DNA of 58,396 bases, filler included, from Sphacelaria rigidula (taxonomy: Eukaryota): NCBI GenBank assembly GCA_964200075.2. It is 9 parts of 9 records of this genome, joined end to end, with 100 filler letters (N's around TTAATTAATTAA, not from the genome) between each part and the next. Parts side by side here need not be neighbours in the genome. Positions count along the whole stretch, not along the records: positions 45,499 to 51,897 come from CAXNAA020020314.1; positions 51,998 to 58,396 come from CAXNAA020020315.1; 7 more parts are not named here. One strand, given 5' to 3'. The position numbers and the translations under genes are program-made. Shown in pieces: positions 49,723-58,396 of this stretch (within the stretch, counting starts at the first letter, position 1; every line of letters begins with the position of its first letter). The notes under the pieces are model-generated. The model saw nothing but the letters and a program-made list of their open reading frames with translations, searched no databases and was not told where the DNA came from.

Positions 49723-50868
49723 GTGATGAAGACTTGCGAAGCCCTGCGCTCCGAGGGTTTTCATTCCGTCACCACCATCGAGTTCCGTCTGCGCAGTATT
49801 AACCACACAGCGGTCAAACTCGAGACCCCAGACTTCGGTTACTCCGCCGCTCGCTCTGAGCCCACTTCGCAACCAGCTGCCTCAGCCTCGACACCATCAT
49901 CCACGACCGCCGCTGCCTCCACCGCCGCCAGCACCGCCCAGCTGAGCTCTACTCTGCTATCAGGCATCGCACCGTCAGATAGAGGGGAAAATGCGACGGA
50001 GAATGGAGGGGGGAGTGTACAGGCATCAAATGGTGCATGTTTGGCAGCGACCGTAACTTTTGAAGGGGGGGTAGCCTCAGGGTCTGGCAGACGAGAAGCA
50101 ACGACGACAACGGTGGATTCCATGGACGTACCGAAGGCACAAGCTCAGCTGGAAAATAGCGCAGCGTGCGATATGGGCAGTGACAGCACGAACGGTAGCG
50201 GCAAAGCGACTTCGGGGAAGTCTGCAGACGCCGATGATGACGCCAAGCCGAAAAACGACGAGTCTTCTGCCTCTAATCCGGGGGCAATATATGATGGGGC
50301 TAACATGAAAAGCGAGAGCGCCAAAGCTGGCAAACACAAGCGATCGCGCGAGGAACCCGAAGGTGTAGACAGGGCCCGAGAAGCAACCAGGATAGACACC
50401 GCCGGAGACCCCAGCAAGTATGTTGAGCGCAAAAAGCCTCCCCCGAAAGCCGCGGGCATCGATCCCACGAAACCACCGATCCATATTGTCTGTGCTCAGC
50501 CGTATCCGATTATGCGGGGACATACAGCATTTTTAACCTTTGCAACCACTCCGGTTGTGCGCCACAAGGTTGCGGCGCAGGGGGCAGCCGCAACCTCGAG
50601 TACATTAGATGATGCTAAAGGTGGTTTTTGTAGCACTGCTGCTACAGCATCAACAAGTGCGGATGCTGTTGATAGTACCGCTGGGGGTACGAGGAGACAT
50701 GCAGAAGACGCAATGGACGTTGTTTGTAGTGAGGACAAGGTACCCGGTGAAGTAATGACAATGGTGGAGCGAGAGGAAGTGGATAATTCAGAGGAATCAG
50801 GGGAGAGTGATGATAGAAATAGTGCGCCCACTGGGCAGGAGAGGATTGGGAGTGGGAGTGGTTTATAG
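49723..50868 (+). CDS. TRMT61A: TRM61 exon 6 (terminal), with a long low-complexity insertion
   Basis: ccgtag|GTG ATG AAG. VMKTCEALRSEGFHSVTTIEFRLR ... MRGHTAFLTFA (Trm61 C-terminal GHT-LTFA motif). Stop TAG ends at 50868. Confidence 0.9.
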   Translation: MMKTCEALRSEGFHSVTTIEFRLRSINHTAVKLETPDFGYSAARSEPTSQPAASASTPSSTTAAASTAASTAQLSSTLLSGIAPSDRGENATENGGGSVQASNGACLAATVTFEGGVASGSGRREATTTTVDSMDVPKAQAQLENSAACDMGSDSTNGSGKATSGKSADADDDAKPKNDESSASNPGAIYDGANMKSESAKAGKHKRSREEPEGVDRAREATRIDTAGDPSKYVERKKPPPKAAGIDPTKPPIHIVCAQPYPIMRGHTAFLTFATTPVVRHKVAAQGAAATSSTLDDAKGGFCSTAATASTSADAVDSTAGGTRRHAEDAMDVVCSEDKVPGEVMTMVEREEVDNSEESGESDDRNSAPTGQERIGSGSGL

Positions 50869-51399
50869 CAGGGCTATCTGTCTTCACAAGAGTGTGGTAC
50901 AGTGTAGCATGAACGTACGTCCTTGTGATCGATAAATACCACCAGTTGTGATGGCAGTGGCAGGGAGAAAGCTTGTATACATGTATGTATTATAATGCAG
51001 AGACACCACCATCATTATTGCGTGGATGTTGCGTGATATGTGCTATGAAGTGCCGCCGTGGATACGTCTGCCTGCCTGCCCGTGTGAGGGAGGTCTGCTT
51101 GGTTACCCTTCTGTCATCTTCCGCAGCCGTTTTTTATTCCCGTATATCTGTTACTGATCAGCTGTACTTCCTGTGACGTAAGTGATAAACCCGTTTCAAG
51201 GCCTGTCGCAGGCAGAAGGGGGAGAGCGGCGTGTAACGTGTACAATCGTCGCGAACATATTTTGCATTTTTCGAATCTGCGAAAGAGAAAAGCGCGAGCA
51301 TACAACTGTGGGCGGCGGGAAAAAATGGGACAGTAGGGCGCACTATCCCCAACAACAGGATAACCCCCCCCCCCCCCCCCATGCGGGACGTGAACGAAT

Positions 51400-51642
51400 A
51401 TAGCATGAAATCGTTTGATGCAATAAACAGTAGGGAGTAAACGATGGCTATACTAGAAGATAGATGTTGGCCGGAGACGGCGAGACAAGACGGGGTTTAG
51501 ATATGTAAGAGGTTCTTGTGTAACGTATGGAAGAAACGTAATGATCGCCGGAATGTTGGAAGTGTCTCTATAGGAGTAGGATGCGTGGTCAACGGTCAAA
51601 CGACTAAGGCAAGCAACGAATAAGTACCCCCCCCCCCCTCCC
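51400..51642 (+). mobile_element. 3' end of a LINE-like family ending in oligo(C); other copies at 6501-6570, 13020-13067 and 39613-39690 (-)
   Basis: Shared GGATGCGTGGTCAA.GGTCA.A.GACTAAGGCAAGCAAC.AAT.AGTAC(G)CCCCCC terminus (the 13020 copy is shorter). Confidence 0.65.
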
Positions 51643-51897
51643 CAGCCTCGTCCGGTGAGAACCCGGCGTGCTCCGTCCCGGCTTTGTATGGGCCGGACCC
51701 CCGGTGGGGTTGGCGTTGGTTGGCGATGACGCTATAAGACACGCCACTCACTGCGTAATCTAGGCAACCAGGTCACCGACTTTTTTGCGCGCTTGCGTTT
51801 TTTTTTGCGGTAACCATGATGGTGGTCGAGCTAGATCATGTTGTGCGGCGTGGGAGAACCTCAATTCCGCACAAAGAGGATGATCGTACTACGTAAT

Positions 51898-51997
51898 NNN
51901 NNNNNNNNNNNNNNNNNNNNNNNNNNNNNNNNNNNNNNNNNTTAATTAATTAANNNNNNNNNNNNNNNNNNNNNNNNNNNNNNNNNNNNNNNNNNNN
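51898..51997. other. Artificial contig linker
   Basis: Identical 100-nt linker. Confidence 0.98.
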
Positions 51998-52360
51998 TTC
52001 GACTACTGGTATTTCTCTTTCTTCTTTCTGGCAGGTCCAGGTCCCCCACCCGAAATCGTAATTTCATATTTTTTTGCAGCGTCCATGGGGCCATGCATAT
52101 ATTCTTTCATTCCGATCCCTTCTCTCAACCACCCGTATATTCTTCCTCGTCTGCCTTGCGTCTGAGCACTCCTTTCCCGTTTATTTCTATCATATCTCTT
52201 ACTTTTGCCTTGTACCCCGCATCTTCACCGATGGACAGTATTTCGTCTTCGTCTCCTCGCGTCTCTTTCCACACTTTCTCGACTTCTCTATCTTACCTTA
52301 CTCCAGCCGTCCCTTTCGTACTTTTCTCCCATACAGTCCTATCAACTATAGCTGTCAATC

Positions 52361-52812
52361 TGTCATGGTTCGATACTAACCGTCTGGGGGTGTAAGGTGC
52401 CAGTTCGTGGGCACCTCGGCCGTCGCGCCCAGACGCAGTCAAGTGTATCGATCCATTGAGTTCGACTTTACAAAGTGCGGAGTCAATCTAGATTCGCAGC
52501 GTCGGGCTTCATACCCGTGAGCCGCGCAGGCTGCAGGACAACATGTGTTGCATGAAAGACAGGCTTACACTGTGAAAAGACCAGAGATACCTCTGATACC
52601 GCAGTCCGTGATGGCGTAGATGCCCTTATATTACTGGCGTACAGGCTAACTTGTGCTTTGCCAGTTGAGATACAGAGTCCAAAACGGTGCGACAGATCGG
52701 GGCAGCCGGCTCCATCCAACCACAATGGAGGATGACCCATCAGGTCCCAAGCATGACAAAGTATGACACATGGAACCTAGTCGACTGGACAATGACCAAT
52801 AAATCTGTAACA
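52361..52812 (-). repeat. Gypsy 3' LTR (about 452 bp)
   Basis: TG...CA ends and an adjacent PPT. The first ~310 bp align by eye with 58017-58325. Confidence 0.7.
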
Positions 52813-53999
52813 CCCCCTAGCCATATTTATATGGCTAAACAAAAAAATATTGGAGGGCTGGAAGGGCCAAAACAAAAACGAAGCCTGTGCATCATACGCC
52901 TGAAAGTAAAACGAGAAAAACCTGCTGAATTACAGTACAGGGGAAAACTCGTTTCAGATCTAATGAATAGGTAAACCCTGATGAGCAGGGGGAAACTGCA
53001 TCTCTTAGGAAAAGAAAAAATCTATAACGCTCTTTCCAACGACAGAAACAGCAGACAAGTATGGTCGCTGTCGTTTTCCCGGGATCTCAGTTAGTCTGGA
53101 GAACGATCGGCTAGTCAGCGTGATCGCGCGTCGACACCCCGGATCAGTTACACTGGATTCTGGGGTAGTGCGGGGCTTGAACCTCGCTAAAAACAACCTT
53201 TCCGCGAACTGATCAATAGTTACAGGAGTGCAGCTTTTTAGGGGTGCTCTTCTGTAACTACTGACACCTATTCTACTGGAAATAGAGCCCACGCGCCTTG
53301 GCTCACACATGTGCCCGTATATTATCAAATGGGAAGCAATCGATAACAAAGCAGCAAAAGAAAAAGGTAACACTCGAAATTCATGACTGAAGCGTACGCT
53401 AGCAGCAATATATGGTTACATATTCCCTTATTTCATCACCGCATTCCTCTCGCAATAATATCCTATTCCACATCACACAACAACTATTCGTAAACGTCGA
53501 TGGCTCCAGTCTATCTTTAGTTCCTCCGTGCCAGCTTGGGGCGCTCGAGTTTCCGGCGAGATAGCTCTTTCCTGTCTCCATCTTCGTATCGTACTCGCCG
53601 AAAGAAATTTCCATAATCATACACGTGACGCTTCAGCTCGGCACTGCTATAGCCTTTCCAGGAGGTAGCATCCATGGGCAAAAGCTTCAAGGCATCACTA
53701 CGTGGGGAAGCGGGGTGCTTCGAGTGCGATGGCGGGGTCGAAGAAACTGTGGGGTGATACAGATGCGAAAGGCTCATGACGCAGTATAGAGCAATGGGTT
53801 GTGGGAAAATATATGCGGAACTGTGATCAAAGGGAAGGTGTGGACGATGAAGACGACAGAAATGTGCCGAAAGTGCGATGATGCTAGACAGGGAAATATC
53901 GAAATATTTTTATATTCTGCAAGGAGTCGCACCAGGATGTACGTTATCACCCTCTCTAATCGAGGTATTCTTCGATGATCTGATACAAGCATAAGACAT

Positions 54000-54450
54000 G
54001 GCAATGCAAGGGGTGAAGTTGATGAAGAAACTGGAAACAGTGCAGCTGGCCGCAGCTAAGAGAATACTTTGATACGGCAACGGTGCAAATGGCAGCAAAG
54101 AAAATAATACTTGGACGAAATAGAAATAGTGAAGAAGATGAAAACAGTACAGATTGCCACAGCTCAGAAAATACTTGGATGAAGAAGTTAGTGAGGAAGT
54201 TGGAAGCAGTACAGATGACAGCAGCTAGGGGAATCACTTGGATGCTCGAAACAATTGAGTACGCCCCCCCCCCCGCTTGAAGTCTTTCAGAGCGGTGAAG
54301 TTGCTGAAGAAATTGGAAACAGTGCAGCTGGCAGCAGCTAAAAAAATACTCGGGTGCAATAAAAGTAGTGAAGGAGTTGGGAACAGTACAGATTACATCA
54401 GCTAAGGAAATGACTTGGATGCTCGAAACAAATGAGTACGTCTCCCCGCC
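54000..54450 (+). mobile_element. Tandemly repeated LINE reverse-transcriptase C-terminal fragments inserted in the Gypsy relic
   Basis: Repeated KKLETVQ(L/M)xAAKxI(L)G-type coding fragments. Two of them run into the ACAA(A/T)TGAGTACG-oligo(C) terminus. Confidence 0.6.
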
Positions 54451-55974
54451 CTCCTTTTGAACTCTTTCCCTTTTCCCCACCCGTCAGTGCCTGAAAGAAC
54501 GTATAGTTCTCGACAAGCCAACATGGTGACAGATACAGGCAATGCAATCCAACACGGGGACAAATTCAGGGGTCAGATGGATTGTGGGTGTAGCGTACCA
54601 GTTTGGTCCCCCCCAAGGTGGGACGCAAACACTTCGGATATGGAGTGTTTCGGATGGGGTGGGCGGATATGGAAGGAACTTCTTGCTTTTGAGACAGCGG
54701 TGGTACGTGTGTAATGTTCGCAGCCAGTCCAGAGCTCGAAGGGAAACGTGTCAGACGGTAGCATGGCGTCGGGTCGTCGGGTAGGGCGCGATTACGCAAC
54801 AGTGTGCGTGAAACGTACTCTCTCTGGGGCCAAGATTTGTATAATTCTGTAACCTTTTCAGCAGCCGTCCCCCTAGGTTCTCGAATCCTGTAAAGCTGTA
54901 GACATAATCCTCGCGAAAATAAAATATACAAAGCATGCTGAATAATAATATAATAATGAGGACGTTGTACTAAATATACGGAGACAAAGCACAGAAATGA
55001 CAACAAACATGAACTCACACGCATGAGTTGTACATTGATGGTCAGTGGGCGAGTCCGTAATTTGTATGCCATATCCTGGCTGAGCCACCATGAGACGACC
55101 GGATTGTAGTAGTGAAGTCTTGCTGCAGTTGTACGGCACATGAGTTTGGCAGCAAAAGGAGAGCGCGCGTTTACCTACATCGTGTAGCACTACTTTTGGC
55201 TTTCCTACTTATTTAGAATATCGGTCAGCCGGGCGACTAGAATGCTACGCTCCTGGACAAACTGTCCAAGGTACCCGCTGGGTTCAGAAACGAATGTAGT
55301 TTTTCGACTGTATGGACGTGACGTCTGAGCAATTGCGTTGAGTTTGGAGGGAACTGGTTGTATGCCGGTATTTTCGATCAACAGGCTAAAGAACCTGTGA
55401 GACCCTCCAGTAAAAATATATTTGGCGAGCTTGGCGAATTTCACCAAACATAGAATCGTCTAGTCGACAAACTTTGCCAGGGAAAGTTGGGTGAGCAACA
55501 CCTCGGTCAAGAAGCTTGTGCATTTCTTTTCTGATCATGCGGCGTTCTTATGGTGGGAGGCCGCGTTGTTTTGTGGCAGAGGGTGAGCACGCGAGACAAC
55601 AACCAGCAATATGAAACTCGTGCTTCTCCCCCCCCACGGGGGGTTCAGCGACCACATCAGCGGAATGAGTGTCTGAAAACCATATGTAGGGTCTGTAAGA
55701 ACTGTTGAAGACTAGGTATGTAGTCGCGCAGTCAACTTGCATGGTACGCTGGGCATGAAGGGCAAAAAGGTAAAGCAGGGATACCAAGTGTGCGTACTGC
55801 ATAAGTAATGACAATACATTGCACGGAAATATTTGTGGTTGCATGGTATCGAAAGCGAAGTTTACAGCAACTGAACAAAGTAGTATCCAAGTACAGTATC
55901 AGGAAGGGACAAGGTAGTAGTCAACTACGGTACAGGGTGCGTCAAGAAGTCAACCTGTTGAATAGCAAACCATG

Positions 55975-56093
55975 CAATCGATCACCAGAATGGGATAAAA
56001 ATGGAGATCCTATACAATCGATCACCAGAATGGGATAAAAATGGAGATCCTATACAATCGATCACCAGAATGGGATAAAAATGGAGATCCTAT
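55975..56093. repeat. 40-bp perfect tandem repeat, 3 copies
   Basis: Unit CAATCGATCACCAGAATGGGATAAAAATGGAGATCCTATA. Confidence 0.95.
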
Positions 56094-57039
56094 CAAGTGA
56101 TACCAAAGCAATAACCCTGCCACCAGAATCCTATAAAAAGGTACACGGGATTAGCTATACCAAACCAGATTGCTGACACTCCACGCCGGAACATACCGTC
56201 ATGAGCTAACCGTTCAGTGTTTCCTGCGTATCCTCCCCAAATATGGCTCGGTTTTATACCACGTGATGCAGATCAAAATGGCCTGTGCCGGGCGGTAAAT
56301 TTGGCGTTTCGGCCTTGCGAACCAGCTAAATGAAACGATTACAAGTGGAATCCTGCTCAAGCATGATGAGTACAGGCAGCGCAACAGATAAGGCCGTGCA
56401 GATAGCCTACACCCGCACGGTCAAGAGAAGAACATCACGATCGCCAAATACAAAATTATCAAAACATGAAATGAAAAATCGTGCAGCTCTACAGAGCAAG
56501 ACAACGGCGGCGCAAAATTATAAAATACGCAATACAATCGGGTGGCTCAAAAGAAAGTTATGGTAGACACGACACCCGGAGATGCAGAAAATATTGGAAT
56601 GCATGATGAGAGAAAATCAATCAAGACCGAAAAAATTGGAAGCTTTACCGCAGGTGCATTTCACAAATCCCCATGGCCACAATAAAAGTGCAAAACACAT
56701 ACTGATCATGGTGGGTGGATTGTCCCCATTCAAAATGCAAAAAAAATACCGAAACAATGTGGAGAATGCCTAGAACACGATCATTGCTGGTTAGGTACAG
56801 CGATGATATTATGGGTGAACAGGTTTAGGTCAGACGAAGGTGATGCAATGCAGGCGACAATGACAAAACAAAAACTGTGCGTTCAGATTGAAGCAAGGTA
56901 CAAAAAAACATGAGGGCAGAAAATACGCGTGCACATGACAACATACGATGCGATAGCAAGCAAGACAAGTACAGCCGGCAGTAGGCGGTAGAGGCAAAAT
57001 CAACACAACAAGCGGGACAACAATAGCAAACCAGGGTAG

Positions 57040-57312
57040 CTGAAAGCACGGTGGAAACAGCAGCAACAGCAGCAGAAACGATGGCAGCAGCAGCAGCAGC
57101 AGCAGCAACAGACAACAACAACACACAGCAGCAACAACCAATAGCACACAGCAGCGGCGCGGCAGCGACAAACAACACAGAAAAACGGCACAGCCGTGCG
57201 GCGAGCAGCAGCAACACACAGCGGCGGCACGGCAGCGACAAACAACAGCGAAAACCACAACAAATAACAAACAACGAACAACCACAACAGCAGACAACAA
57301 GAACAACAACGC
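57040..57312. repeat. (CAG)/(CAA)-rich low-complexity region
   Basis: Runs of GCAGCA and ACAACA. Confidence 0.85.
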
Positions 57313-58000
57313 GGCCTCACTCCTTCCGCAGCTGTCTGGAACCTGATGTTCCGAAACGCCCGGAAGTAATTGTAGACCCTCTGGTTCGTTGAACTCGTAC
57401 AATTCTCGTTCTCGACCGTATTGCCTTTCATCAAATTATATCGACTAGGTCATTTCGCTTTTGCTTTGGACGTCAGCAGTGTCTGCTGGGCTCGTTCAAG
57501 ATGAGAGATTGTAGCGCGTGCTGATGAACCATCTCGGATGAGCTCGTGCATAAAGTCGTTGGTGGCGCTCTGCGTGGGTTGCATGTCACGAAGTGCAATG
57601 CGGCGGGTACGGAGCACAGGGCACCCACGGAGCAAAATAGACTACATAGCCCACGCTCAACTATTTATGCTCAACGTGCGAAAGGTAGGTAGGCAGAACA
57701 AAAGAGTGCAAAGGGCCGAAGCAGCATACCATCATAGTACACTGTACATGCACTCATAGTACACTGTACATGCTCTCCAAACATCCCAGTGACACCAAGT
57801 CGTGAACTTCAAAAGCACTATCTACTATATGCTAAATGATGTTGCAGGTAAGATACGCTGTGGAAACTACAATTTGTGAACTGGCGCACTATTTACTCTA
57901 TATAAAAGAAGTCACATTTTACTTGATCCGACCCACGCGCCAGCAGAACCTCCCCTCCGAAAGTTTGTGGTCGGAGCGTGCCAGTGTTGACTCTACACAA

Positions 58001-58016
58001 GCACGGTTGGACACCA
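58001..58016 (-). promoter_or_regulatory. Primer-binding site of the Gypsy element
   Basis: TGGTGTCCAACCGTGC lies directly inside the 5' LTR. TGG is complementary to the tRNA 3' CCA. The cognate tRNA was not identified. Confidence 0.6.
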
Positions 58017-58325
58017 TGTCATGGTTTGATACTCACCACCTAGGTAGAACGGTGCCAGTTCAGTGGGCACCGGGGGCTAGCGGGCCCAAACACAATCATT
58101 AGTATCGAAGCCATTGAGCTCGATTTACCATGTGGAGAGTCAACCCACAAACCAATGACCAGGCGCCATACCCACGGTTCACGCTGGAGACAAGACCCAC
58201 ATGTTGCGTGCAATGCGTGCTTACATCGCGTGAAGACCAAAGACTCCTCTGAGAGCAGATCGTAATGGCGTAGATGCCCTTGTATTATTGGCGTACAGGC
58301 TAACTTGTGCTTTGCTAGTTGAGAT
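58017..58325 (-). repeat. Gypsy 5' LTR (partial; homology to the other LTR stops at 58325)
   Basis: Shares blocks such as ATGGCGTAGATGCCCT and TGGCGTACAGGCTAACTTGTGCTTTGC with 52361-52671. Confidence 0.75.
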
Positions 58326-58396
58326 GTGACGGCGGATATTAGTCGCTTAAATAGAAGGCGTTCTCGATGTGCGTGATATGGGCAATAGGTCGTATT

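Larger units (their letters stand above)
52361..58325 (-). mobile_element. Old Ty3/Gypsy LTR retrotransposon with secondary insertions
   Basis: Two homologous, diverged LTRs both begin TGTCATGGTT (52361, 58017). PBS-like TGGTGTCCAACCGTGC abuts the right LTR on the minus strand. PPT-like CCCCCT follows TGTAACA at 52812. RT-connection remnant GIQPVPSKLNAIAQ...GYLGQFV...LTDIL at 55205-55447. Confidence 0.8.

Noticed and set aside
52975..53000. Hammerhead ribozyme core (CTGATGAG...GAAAC)
   Set aside because: No stem II closing pair before GAAA and no convincing stems I and III.
56825..57434. Long Cys/Leu/Ala- or Gln-rich ORFs
   Set aside because: They are translations of CAG/CAA microsatellite, open in several frames.

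Overview
Repeat-rich eukaryotic genomic DNA. It is probably from a brown alga (Phaeophyceae), inferred from the GT-AG intron-rich genes and the style of the transposon families. The window is not a natural locus. It is nine contigs (five of 6400 bp, then four of 6399 bp) joined by eight identical 100-nt N-TTAATTAATTAA-N linkers, i.e. a size-sorted concatenation, so adjacency across gaps means nothing. Host genes: a six-exon tRNA m1A58 methyltransferase catalytic subunit (TRMT61A/TRM61, 47052-50868, start codon uncertain); exons 1-2 of the flagellar central-pair gene SPAG6/PF16; and, head-to-head with SPAG6, the first exon of a probable RIIa/DPY30-type docking-domain (EFCAB10-like) gene. Mobile DNA: a decayed Copia element with its 3' LTR; an old Gypsy element with both LTRs, PBS, PPT and a Tudor-like C-terminal motif; a heavily decayed DIRS/Ngaro-like tyrosine-recombinase relic; an internally deleted pogo-like element that keeps an in-frame HTH + PIP-like mini-ORF; two tRNA-derived SINE families; a LINE-like family ending in oligo(C); several MITE/foldback palindromes; and tandem repeats. 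I found no CRISPR array, rRNA or intact tRNA gene, and no clearly new multi-gene system. All protein and family assignments are by motif recognition, without database searches.
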